A DNA stretch of 35,022 nt from Oscillospiraceae bacterium (GCA_017400415.1 JAFPTE010000021.1:1-35022), one strand, 5' to 3'; shown: positions 21,730 through 29,679, counted from the stretch's first letter. The notes: generated from the letters alone by a model not told the origin. Translations and numbers: made by a program.

Positions 21730-24099
21730 ATGAAACGCATTCTGTCCGTCTGTCTGTGCGTTGTGCTGGTGCTGAGCCTTGCGCCGGCCGCACTGGCTGA
21801 GGGAGTCAGCTTCAGCCTGCCGAATATCCAGGGCGGCACCGTCACCCAGGATACGTACAAGGATAAAGTACAGCTTTTGGTGTTTATCCCAGCAGATAGC
21901 AGCTACGCAGGCTCGTTTATCAGTGGGATTAATAAGAGCTTCTGGATTGATAACCCGAATATCCAGGTCATTGTTGTGGATTGCAGCAAGGGCGCCAGCT
22001 CTGTTATGGAGAATTTCAAGAGCACCTATGCACCCGGAGTTTCCAAGATTGTATTCTCCGGCGGGGGAGACGCAGGCTACGACCTTATGTGGCAGCTCCA
22101 TGGTTACGGCAGCCTCAGCTACAACTACTGTGCCATCATAAAGGATGGAGAGCTGGTGGAAAGCTGGGATGCCTGCAACGACACCGCAACGTGCGAGGAA
22201 AAGCTCCGCACCTACGTGCCCGATATGGGCACAGACCCGGATATCGCTACGGCCTCCGTCACCGGCATTTTCCTTCAATCGGACTGCCGTGAAACCCTTG
22301 AGGAGCTGAACGCTTTCCGAACCGGGCCCGACGCCTGGTACTGGAACGAGGACAACACCACTAAGACATATTTTAATCAGGAGGGAGGCACCACCCTCCA
22401 GCCTCTTGCGTATGATTATGGCCTTGAGAAGGTCGCCATGCTCCGTGCCGCAGAGATAGCCGTGGCCTATATCAAGGGGCACATAAGGCCTGTCAACGCA
22501 CCGTTCTATACTGCAAAGGTCGACGGACTGACCTCCTCCGGAGAAAACATGGCTTACGGACAGCCCAGCGCCTATGACGTATACATCGCCTGGCGTGAGG
22601 ATGATGAGCCATATGCCGGACAGGGCCACCGCCGCAATATGCTCAATGAGGATTTCACCTGCGTGGGCCTGGCGGGCTTCGTCTATAACGGGGTCCGGTA
22701 CTGGGTGCAGGAGTTCGGCTATAAAACCACCGGAGTGGGCGCTGTTGATGCCCAGGACGGCCCTGCAACAATGGATGTGTCCTACTCCATAAGCTTTATG
22801 GAGAGCCTGGGAAAGAAGACCACCGTCACCCTGGACCCCAACGGGGGCTCCGTGGGCATCGGCTCCGTGGATCGGTTCGTTTTTGAGACCTACGGGAACC
22901 TGCCTGCCCCGGAAATGCCGGGCTTCAGATTCGTGGGCTGGCGCTATATGAACAACGCCGTGACTGCCGACACCCCGCTGGTCGTCGGGGGGGAACACAC
23001 ACTTACCGCCGGCTGGACGAGCGCTGCCGAGTCTGTGCCGGTGAGCTCCGTTGAGCTTAATTACCATAGCTATTCCCTGGACCCCAAATATTCAACTACC
23101 AGCGTCAAAGCTACAGTTCTTCCGGAGAATGCGGATACGCCGGGGGTCGTCTGGACCTCCTCCGACCCCACTGTGGTCAGCGTTTCCCAGAACGGCAGGA
23201 TCAGCGCCCTGAATCCCGGCTTCGCCACCGTGACCGCTTCCGCCGGCGGGGCCTCTGACAGCCTTCGTTTTCAGGTGTACAACACCGTGCGGCCGGTCAT
23301 ATCTTCCGCAGAGCAGGAGGGCAGCAGCGCAGTCATTTCCTGGTCTCCGGTCCCGGGCCAGGAGGAGTTCATCGTCTCCCGCTCCTCTGACGGCGGCGCA
23401 AGCTGGACAGACCTTGCCGCTGTAAAGGAGCTGAGCTTTACCGATACCACCGCCCAGAAGGACCTGGCGTATATGTATCGAATTATTTACAGAAACCCCG
23501 CCAGCTATTATGCCAAGGAGGTCATCTCCGAGCCGGTGGAGCTTATGCTGACAGACGAAGGCCCCGCCGCATTTGCGATCACCGGCCTGGTGGCCTCCTT
23601 TAATCCCAGGAATCCCACGAGCTATGCCCTCTATGAGTGGGACGGCAGCGCTTATAATACCGAGGCCGCATACTCCGGCACTCTGGTGGAGTCCAGAGAT
23701 GAGGAGAGCCAGGGCATGACCCCCACTCAGGACAGCTTCGCCATCCGGGGCGTTGCCCCCGGCACCTATAAGCTGGTCATCACCAAAGCGTCCCACATAA
23801 GCTTTGAAATCCGCAATCTTGTCATCTCCGGGGACCTGGACCTGACCGCCGACGCAAGAGAGGCCGTGCAGAGCATCCGGCTGGCCTGCGGCGACGTGGA
23901 CGAGGGACAGGATCAGAAGGTGAACCTGACAGACCTTAACATGGTCCTGCGGAACGTCAATTACCTGCGGGGCGTCGACGATGCCGCAAACCCCGCCTGC
24001 GACCTGAACGGGGACCTGAAGGTGAATCTGACCGACCTGAACATTATCCTGGCCAGTTACAATTATCTGAGAGGCGCCCAGGACTTTATCTTTGAATAA
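21730..24099 (+). CDS. Secreted multidomain dockerin-containing protein: thioredoxin-like (no CXXC), CAP/SCP, Listeria-Bacteroides repeat, Big_2, Fn3-like, dockerin
   Basis: The ATG at 21730 follows GGGAGG. The signal is MKRILSVCLCVVLVLSLAPAALA/EG. A TlpA-like segment reads FSLPNIQGGTV...VQLLVFIPADSSYAG, with SSYA where CXXC would sit. A CAP/SCP-like block reads LEELNAFR...GENMAYG...GHRRNMLNEDFTCVGL. An LB repeat reads VTLDPNGG...GFRFVGW. Big_2 reads VLPENADTPGVVWTSSDPTVVSVSQNGRISALNPGFATVTA. An Fn3-like block reads ISWSPVPGQEEFIVSRSSDGGASW. The C-terminal dockerin duplicated Ca-loop/helix is GDVDEGQDQKVNLTDLNMVL...CDLNGDLKVNLTDLNIIL, at about 23890-24075. Confidence 0.85.
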   Translation: MKRILSVCLCVVLVLSLAPAALAEGVSFSLPNIQGGTVTQDTYKDKVQLLVFIPADSSYAGSFISGINKSFWIDNPNIQVIVVDCSKGASSVMENFKSTYAPGVSKIVFSGGGDAGYDLMWQLHGYGSLSYNYCAIIKDGELVESWDACNDTATCEEKLRTYVPDMGTDPDIATASVTGIFLQSDCRETLEELNAFRTGPDAWYWNEDNTTKTYFNQEGGTTLQPLAYDYGLEKVAMLRAAEIAVAYIKGHIRPVNAPFYTAKVDGLTSSGENMAYGQPSAYDVYIAWREDDEPYAGQGHRRNMLNEDFTCVGLAGFVYNGVRYWVQEFGYKTTGVGAVDAQDGPATMDVSYSISFMESLGKKTTVTLDPNGGSVGIGSVDRFVFETYGNLPAPEMPGFRFVGWRYMNNAVTADTPLVVGGEHTLTAGWTSAAESVPVSSVELNYHSYSLDPKYSTTSVKATVLPENADTPGVVWTSSDPTVVSVSQNGRISALNPGFATVTASAGGASDSLRFQVYNTVRPVISSAEQEGSSAVISWSPVPGQEEFIVSRSSDGGASWTDLAAVKELSFTDTTAQKDLAYMYRIIYRNPASYYAKEVISEPVELMLTDEGPAAFAITGLVASFNPRNPTSYALYEWDGSAYNTEAAYSGTLVESRDEESQGMTPTQDSFAIRGVAPGTYKLVITKASHISFEIRNLVISGDLDLTADAREAVQSIRLACGDVDEGQDQKVNLTDLNMVLRNVNYLRGVDDAANPACDLNGDLKVNLTDLNIILASYNYLRGAQDFIFE

Positions 24100-24110
24100 G
24101 GAGAATTACC

Positions 24111-24563
24111 ATGAAGCTTGCACAGGCACTGACCGAACGGTCCGAGATCCAGAAGAAGGTGGAGGAGCTGTCCACCAGGCTTTCCAACAATGCCAAGGTC
24201 CAGGAGGGGGAGAAGCCCTCTGAGGACCCCCAGGCCCTGGTGACGGAGCTGAACTCCGCCCTGGACAGACTTGAATTCCTTATGGCCCGCATCAATCTGA
24301 CAAACAGCAAAACCCTTGCGGACGGGGTCACCGTTACGGAGCTCATCGCCCGCAGAGACTGCCTCAAAAAGCGCCTCGGCATCATGAGAGGCTTCCTGGA
24401 CAGGGCCTCCAGCCGGGTGGACCGCTATTCCAAGACGGAGATCCGCATCGTTGCCACCGTGGACGTGGCGGAGCTCCAGCGTCAGCTGGACCAGGTCTCC
24501 AAGGAGCTGCGCCAGACCGATGAGAAGATACAGGAGCTGAACTGGACCACCGAACTTATGTAA
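24111..24563 (+). CDS. DIP1984-family protein (older annotations: septicolysin-like); function unknown
   Basis: 150 aa with no signal peptide, predicted helical/coiled. The hallmark stretches as I recall them for this family are MKLAQALTERSE...NNAKVQEGEKPSEDPQALV...ARINLTN...ELIARRD...TEI...ELNWTTEL. The RBS AAGGAGAA lies 11 nt after the upstream stop, so it is co-transcribed. Confidence 0.75.
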   Translation: MKLAQALTERSEIQKKVEELSTRLSNNAKVQEGEKPSEDPQALVTELNSALDRLEFLMARINLTNSKTLADGVTVTELIARRDCLKKRLGIMRGFLDRASSRVDRYSKTEIRIVATVDVAELQRQLDQVSKELRQTDEKIQELNWTTELM

Positions 24564-24634
24564 ACTCAGAGGCTGGTAGTCTCAAAAGGTGGGCGCAAAA
24601 GAGCGGTTGCTTGGCCTCCGCAAACTTAGTGGTT

Positions 24635-24673
24635 GTATGCGGGCACATACCGGGTTCGAATCCTGATTGTACT
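24635..24673 (+). other. tRNA-like 3' fragment (T-arm GGTTCGAATCC); not an intact tRNA
   Basis: CCGGG-TTCGAAT-CCTGA (24650-24666) forms 4 of 5 T-stem pairs around a canonical T-loop. It is preceded by a GTATG-6nt-CATAC hairpin. No complementary 5' acceptor strand for TTGTACT (24667-24673) exists upstream. Confidence 0.25.
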
Positions 24674-24795
24674 TTTCTGCCATGCACGCTTACACCTGCA
24701 GCCTTAGGGCACCTTATACTGCAATTTTACTACCGCGCGCCTCTTTTGGATGAGGGAGAGGAAAGGGGTATTTCCTCTGAGAAATGCATAAAGTT

Positions 24796-24824
24796 ATCCC
24801 CGGACTTAAGTCCGGGGATTTTTT
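24796..24824. terminator. Bidirectional terminator between the DIP1984 side (+) and copA (-)
   Basis: The perfect palindrome ATCCCCGGACTTAAGTCCGGGGAT (24796-24819) is followed by TTTTT on the + strand. On the - strand it begins immediately after the copA stop (complement of 24824-24826). Confidence 0.7.
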
Positions 24825-27334
24825 CAGCCCAAATATTCGTATCCGGCGGCCTCAACGGCGGCCTTCATGGCCGCCTCGTCCGGCGGGGAGGAGAGGGTCA
24901 GAACTGCGGTGCCCTTCTCGTGGCTTGGCATGGCGCTCTCAATGCCCGCAACGGACTCCAGAGCCTTTTTGACCCGCATTTCGCAGTGGGGGCACATCAT
25001 GCCGCCGATTTTAACCGTGCGCCGCTGTCCGTCCTCTGCCTGGGGCATGGGGGGCAGCTCCACGGGCCTCGTGCGGCGGTCGCCCTTTGGATTTCGCAGG
25101 TCGAAGAGGTTCAGCCGCAGGGCGTTGGTGACCACGCAGAAGCTCGAAAGGCTCATGGCGGCGGCGCCGAACATGGGGCTCAGGGTCCAGCCGAACACCG
25201 GGATCCAGACCCCGGCGGCCAGGGGGATGCCTATGGCGTTGTAGAAGAAGGCCCAGAACAGGTTCTGGCGGATGTTCCGCAGGGTGGCCCGGGAGAGCCG
25301 TATGGCGGCGGGCACGTCGGCCAGCCGGGAATTCATAAGCACGATATCCGCAGCGTCGATGGCCACGTCCGTGCCGGCTCCGATGGCAATGCCCATATCC
25401 GCCTGGGTAAGGGCGGGGGCGTCGTTAATGCCGTCGCCCACCATGATGACGCTGCCGGACTTTTTGAGCCGGCGGATGACCTCCGCCTTGCCCTCCGGCA
25501 TGACCCCGGCGATGACCATGTCAACCCCGGCGGCGGCGCCTACGGCGTCGGCGGTGCGGCGGTTGTCGCCGGTGAGCATGACCACCTGCAGGCCCATGTT
25601 CCGGAGCTCCCTTATGGCCTCGGGGCTGTCCTCCTTCACTGTGTCCGCCACGGCGATGAGGCCCAGCAGCTCGCCGCTGCGCTCAAAGAACAGGGGAGTT
25701 TTGCCCTGGGCGGCCAGGGCCCGGCTCTTTTCCAGCATATCCGGAGGCACGGTGCCGATGAATTTCAGATTTCCGCCCCGGACCGGCCGGCCCGCCACGG
25801 TGCCCTCCAGGCCGCTTCCCGGCAGGGCGGTGAAGTCGGTGACAGCCAGGGGCTCAAGGCCCAGCTCCCGGCCCTTTTCCACCACGGCCTTCGCCAGGGG
25901 GTGCTCGCTGCGCTCCTCCAGGCTGTAGGCAGTCTGCAGAAGCTCCGCCTCCGTAATGCCTCCCGCGGGCACAAGGTCCGTGACCCTGGGCTTGCCCTCC
26001 GTAACGGTGCCGGTCTTGTCCAGCACCACGATACGGGCCTTGCCTGCGGCCTCCAGTGAGGCGGCGGTTTTGAAGAGAATGCCGTTTTTGGCGCCCACTC
26101 CGCTGCCAACCATAATGGCCACGGGGGTGGCAAGTCCCAGGGCGCAGGGACAGCTTATGACCAGGACCGAGATGCCCCGGGCCAGGGCGAAGCCGGTATC
26201 CCTGCCGACCAGGAGCCAGACGGCGGTGGTGACCAGGGCAATGGCGATGACCGCCGGCACGAAGATGCCGGAGACCTTGTCCGCCGTCTTGGCGATGGGG
26301 GCCTTGGTTGCGGCGGCGTCGGAGACGAGCCGGATTATGCGGGAGAGGGTGGTATCCTGACCCACCCGGGTGGCCCGGCATCTGAGGAAGCCGGACTGGT
26401 TTATGGTGGCGGCGGAGACGCTGTCCCCGGGGGCCTTGTCCACGGGCACGGACTCGCCGGTGAGGGCCGCTTCGTTGACGGCGCCGGCGCCCTCAATAAC
26501 CACCCCGTCCACCGGGAAGCTCTCCCCGGGCCGGACAACGAATTCGTCCCCCTGCAGCACGTCCCGGGCGGGAACGGTGACTTCCTTGCCCTCACGGAGA
26601 ACAGTGGCGGTCTTGGGGGCCAGGCTTATAAGGCTTTTCAGGGCGTCCGTGGTGCGGCCCTTGCTCATGGCCTCCAGCATCTTGCCCACGGTTATAAGGG
26701 CAAGAATCATGGCGGCAGACTCAAAGTAAAACTCGTCCATGTACGGTATGGCGGCGACGCTGCCCCCGTCCGCCTGGGCCCTGGTCATGGCGAAGAGGGA
26801 AATTGTGCTGTAGACAAAGGAGGCGCCGGAGCCCAGAGCTACCAGAGTGTCCATGTTGGGCCCGCCGTGGATAAGGCCCCGGAAGCCGGAGATGAAGAAC
26901 TTCTGATTGATGACCATGACGATGGCCGCCAGAATGAGCTGGAGAAGGCCCATGGCCACGTGGTTATCCTCAAAGAATTTCGGCACGGGCCAGTGCCACA
27001 TCATGTGGCCCATGGAGAAGTACATCAGTACCAGCAGGAAGCCCACGGAGGCGATGAGCCTGCGCCGGAGCACCGGAGTCTCCCGGTCCGCCAGGGCGTC
27101 GTCCTGGGCCTGGTCGGCCTTCTCTGCATTTTTTGGGGAGGCGCCGTAGCCGGCGTCCTGAACGGCCTTTATGATCTGGGACTGGCTGGCGCTGCCCTCC
27201 ACGCCCATGGAGTTTGTGAGCAGACTCACGGCGCAGCTTGTCACCCCGGGAACGGCGGAGACCGCCTTCTCCACCCGGGCCTGGCAGGCGGCGCAGCTCA
27301 TGCCGGTGATGTTATACTGTTCCAAAGTATTCAC
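24824..27334 (-). CDS. copA: Copper-translocating P1B-type ATPase with N-terminal and C-terminal heavy-metal-associated domains
   Basis: 836 aa with a GTG start. The N-terminal HMA is GMSCAACQARVEKAV. It also has the TGES-type actuator region, the CPC metal site SCPCALGLATP, DKTGTVT, GDGINDAPAL, and a C-terminal HMA, GGMMCPHCEMRVKKAL. Confidence 0.92.
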   Translation of the reverse strand: MNTLEQYNITGMSCAACQARVEKAVSAVPGVTSCAVSLLTNSMGVEGSASQSQIIKAVQDAGYGASPKNAEKADQAQDDALADRETPVLRRRLIASVGFLLVLMYFSMGHMMWHWPVPKFFEDNHVAMGLLQLILAAIVMVINQKFFISGFRGLIHGGPNMDTLVALGSGASFVYSTISLFAMTRAQADGGSVAAIPYMDEFYFESAAMILALITVGKMLEAMSKGRTTDALKSLISLAPKTATVLREGKEVTVPARDVLQGDEFVVRPGESFPVDGVVIEGAGAVNEAALTGESVPVDKAPGDSVSAATINQSGFLRCRATRVGQDTTLSRIIRLVSDAAATKAPIAKTADKVSGIFVPAVIAIALVTTAVWLLVGRDTGFALARGISVLVISCPCALGLATPVAIMVGSGVGAKNGILFKTAASLEAAGKARIVVLDKTGTVTEGKPRVTDLVPAGGITEAELLQTAYSLEERSEHPLAKAVVEKGRELGLEPLAVTDFTALPGSGLEGTVAGRPVRGGNLKFIGTVPPDMLEKSRALAAQGKTPLFFERSGELLGLIAVADTVKEDSPEAIRELRNMGLQVVMLTGDNRRTADAVGAAAGVDMVIAGVMPEGKAEVIRRLKKSGSVIMVGDGINDAPALTQADMGIAIGAGTDVAIDAADIVLMNSRLADVPAAIRLSRATLRNIRQNLFWAFFYNAIGIPLAAGVWIPVFGWTLSPMFGAAAMSLSSFCVVTNALRLNLFDLRNPKGDRRTRPVELPPMPQAEDGQRRTVKIGGMMCPHCEMRVKKALESVAGIESAMPSHEKGTAVLTLSSPPDEAAMKAAVEAAGYEYLG

Positions 27335-27359
27335 CCTATCTTTTCGCTTGGTTAGTCTT

Positions 27360-27388
27360 ATTTTACCACAAAACGCCCTGTTCGTAAA
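27360..27388 (-). promoter_or_regulatory. Putative sigma-A promoter for copA
   Basis: On the minus strand: TTTACG (complement of 27383-27388), a 17-nt spacer, then extended -10 TGgTAAAAT (hexamer complement of 27360-27365). Confidence 0.4.
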
Positions 27389-27393
27389 GGGGC

Positions 27394-27419
27394 AAAAAAA
27401 TCCCGCCTTACGGCGGGAT
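27394..27419 (-). terminator. Intrinsic terminator of the M23 peptidase gene
   Basis: On the minus strand: ATCCCGCC-GTAA-GGCGGGAT followed by TTTTTT (the + strand A-run at 27394-27399). It begins 5 nt after the stop. Confidence 0.8.
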
Positions 27420-27423
27420 AGGT

Positions 27424-28614
27424 TTAATACTGGGTCTGCTCCTTGGGGAGGTATTTCAGGGGGTCCACGGGGCTGCCGCCGCCGGGCCGCACTTCAAAGT
27501 GGCAGTGGTTGCCGGTGGACTGGCCGGTGGAACCCACAAGGCCGATAACGTCGCCCTGGGCCACCCTGTCGCCAACGGACACCAGGCGCTTTTTCATGTG
27601 GGCGTAGAGGGTGATGTCGCCGTTGTCGTGCTTGATCTGAACGAAGTTGCCGTAGCTGTCATGCTTGCCGGAGGTCATGACCACGCCGCCGTCCGCAGCG
27701 TGAATCTCCGTGCCCGCAGGGGCCGCAATGTCCAGGCCCCGGTGGTTGGAGGTGCCGCCGGATATGTTACGCTTGCCGAAGCCGGAGGTCACCGTTCCGG
27801 AAACAGGCCAGAGGTAGTAGCCCTTGGAGTCATACCGGGAGCCGGGATTTCCGGCTATGGCAATGACCTCCGGCTCCATCTCGGAGATAACGTCCAGGTA
27901 TTTCAGCACCCGGCCGGTCTCCACGCCGTTTTCAAGGGTTATTTCATACTCACTGCGGAGCACCCCGTCCGATCCCCGGGAGATGAGGGTGGGCTTCATC
28001 TCCTCCTCATAGGCGTCCTCATCCACGTCATAGATGGTGGTGTAGGGGACGAGGGTCTCGGTAATGAGGGTGGAGGTAGAGATTATGGTAAACTCAGAGC
28101 CGATGGCCGCCTCCAGCTCCTGGCCGGAAACCAGGTCGGCCTCCGGGTAGTAGCCCTCCCGAAGCTCCGGCTCATCTGCGTAATGGGCGTTGCGCTGGCC
28201 CGCAGGCACCTCGTCCAGCAGGGAGGAGACGGCGGACTCGGCAGTTTCCCTGTCCGGCGCCGCAGCAACCAGGCTGCCGTCCAGGTACAGGCCGCAGCCG
28301 GCGGCAATGCCGTCCACGCTCATGAGGAGAGCCTCCGGCAGCTCCTGGGCAGTGGTATCGCCCTGGCCGAAGTGGGGGGTCACGGTGACCTCCTCAGCCA
28401 GCGGCAGCTCCACACCCAGAATGTCCGAGGCCTGACGCTGGACCTCCTGCACAGCGGCGTTGATGTCGCTGTAGGTTCCGTCTATTTCAAAGGTGGTTCC
28501 CTCATAGCTGACGGCGTAGGAAATGGTGGGATGGGCCATTAGTGCAGAGAGCGATATGGTGGCGGAGCACAGAGCCGCAGCCAGGGTCAGGGACCGGCGG
28601 CGCAGGCGGCTCAA
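27424..28614 (-). CDS. Secreted M23 (LytM-type) peptidoglycan endopeptidase
   Basis: The C-terminal M23 domain has intact metal ligands: HRGLDIAAPAGTEIHAADGG and GSTGQSTGNHCHFEV. An N-terminal signal/TM segment is present. The preferred start is TTG at 28614, 5 nt after AAGGAGG (complement of 28620-28626). The track start at 28641 has no SD. Confidence 0.85.
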   Translation of the reverse strand: MSRLRRRSLTLAAALCSATISLSALMAHPTISYAVSYEGTTFEIDGTYSDINAAVQEVQRQASDILGVELPLAEEVTVTPHFGQGDTTAQELPEALLMSVDGIAAGCGLYLDGSLVAAAPDRETAESAVSSLLDEVPAGQRNAHYADEPELREGYYPEADLVSGQELEAAIGSEFTIISTSTLITETLVPYTTIYDVDEDAYEEEMKPTLISRGSDGVLRSEYEITLENGVETGRVLKYLDVISEMEPEVIAIAGNPGSRYDSKGYYLWPVSGTVTSGFGKRNISGGTSNHRGLDIAAPAGTEIHAADGGVVMTSGKHDSYGNFVQIKHDNGDITLYAHMKKRLVSVGDRVAQGDVIGLVGSTGQSTGNHCHFEVRPGGGSPVDPLKYLPKEQTQY

Positions 28615-28813
28615 GGTGGCCTCCTTCGCTATTGTAAACAAAACTTACTTCACCTCAAAGGTTACAAATTGTTACATCCTATAGGATAATCCAAAACTCA
28701 CAAAAAGTCAATAGAAAAAATGGGCGAAGCCTGTTAAAATGTCACTAATTTCGCCTTTTGAGGCATATTTTTCCCGGATGACCCGTAATTATGAGCCGTA
28801 AGGAGGGATAATT

Positions 28814-29095
28814 ATGGCGCATGAGGAGGGCAAGGCACCGGAGCTGCCCCACAATCTGGTGATGGAGGGACGGCGGAGGCTGTCCGCCTCCGGGGTGGCT
28901 GAGATAGAGAGCTTCAACGAGGAGGAGGTCGTAATGAGCGGGGGAAAGTGGACCCTGACGGTCCGGGGCAGCGGCCTGCACATGGAGAAGCTCAGCGTGG
29001 AGACCGGGGATATCCTGGTGACCGGGAGGATAGACTCCCTGGACTATGACGATGCTCCTCCCCGCCGGGGCGGCCTTTTCGGACTTTTCAAATGA
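28814..29095 (+). CDS. yabP: Sporulation protein YabP
   Basis: 93 aa. The pattern HNLVMEGRRRLSASGV.EIESFNEEEVVM....G.LTVRGSGLHMEKLSVETGDILVTGRIDSL is YabP-family. The RBS is AAGGAGGG. It is followed by yabQ-divIC-S1 protein, as in Bacillus and Clostridia. Confidence 0.85.
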   Translation: MAHEEGKAPELPHNLVMEGRRRLSASGVAEIESFNEEEVVMSGGKWTLTVRGSGLHMEKLSVETGDILVTGRIDSLDYDDAPPRRGGLFGLFK

Positions 29096-29679
29096 GGCTG
29101 GATCTGGGCATAGCGGAGCAGGCCCGGGCTCTGGCGGCGTCCGTGCTGGCGGGAGGCGCCGCCGGGGTCCTCTATGACCTGTGCCGCTCCCTGCGGCGCC
29201 GGATAAGCTCAGGCCTCTTCCACGCCCTCTGCGACGGGCTCTTTGTGCTGGTGTGCGGCTGCGGACTTCTGCTGCTGGCCCTGGCCCTGGGCCACGGGGA
29301 GGAGAGGGCCTTCGTGTTTTTCGGGGCTCTGGGCGGCTTCGGCCTGTATATGTGGGCTCTCAGCCCTGCCATTCTGCCGTTTTTCGGCCTTTTCTCGGCC
29401 GTTCTGGTCCGCATTCTGGGCTTTTTATCCCTGCCCCTCAATATTATCCACGGTTTCTGGAAAAAATATCAAATTTTTGTAAAAAAACTCTTTTCAATTT
29501 TGAAAGATTGGTATAAAATAAGAGGCAACAATGGGGACAGATTAGCGGAGGACACTACCGCTGCTGTCGGGGGAGAGTATTATGAGGCTAAAGCGCACAG
29601 GTATCTTTACGAAAATCATTATCATAGCGCTTCTGATCTACGCCGTGACCACGCTGGTGGTCCTCCGGGGGAAGATTGA
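29092..29679 (+). CDS. yabQ: Spore cortex biosynthesis protein YabQ-like membrane protein
   Basis: The ATGA overlaps the yabP stop. Four to five hydrophobic segments are followed by a polar tail. The call rests on position and topology. The last 98 nt overlap the next gene. Confidence 0.65.
   Translation: MRLDLGIAEQARALAASVLAGGAAGVLYDLCRSLRRRISSGLFHALCDGLFVLVCGCGLLLLALALGHGEERAFVFFGALGGFGLYMWALSPAILPFFGLFSAVLVRILGFLSLPLNIIHGFWKKYQIFVKKLFSILKDWYKIRGNNGDRLAEDTTAAVGGEYYEAKAHRYLYENHYHSASDLRRDHAGGPPGED

Noticed and set aside
24560-24676. A possible intact tRNA (or tRNA-Sec / long-variable-arm tRNA), suggested by the TGGTAG and GGTTCGAATCC motifs.
   Set aside because: No 7-8-bp acceptor stem can be formed with TTGTACT(T). 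No 5-bp anticodon stem with a 7-nt loop could be found. The motif spacing of about 114 nt is too long. It is kept only as a tRNA-like fragment.
24725-24826. A possible T-box riboswitch: TACTACCGCG resembles the GGTGGTACCGCG T-box core and is followed by a terminator.
   Set aside because: The UGGU bulge sequence that pairs with the tRNA NCCA end is missing. No specifier or K-turn elements were recognised. There is also no downstream + strand gene to regulate, because copA converges here.
24611-26059. A 482-aa plus-strand ORF and other ORFs (25272-25928, 25854-26381, 26867-27355) overlapping copA.
   Set aside because: copA on the minus strand has every P1B-ATPase signature. These frames are Gly/Ala/His/Pro-rich shadows.
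27499-28542. A 347-aa plus-strand ORF opposite the M23 peptidase gene, and 8594-9823 (-), opposite pilM.
   Set aside because: They have no domains and artefactual composition. The opposite strands carry the LytM metal-ligand motifs and the PilM actin-fold motifs.
28760-28800. A possible SigE promoter for yabP, GCATATT at 28763-28769.
   Set aside because: The -35-like element is good, but no CATA-type -10 lies 13-15 nt downstream (CGTAATTA only). That is not enough to call.
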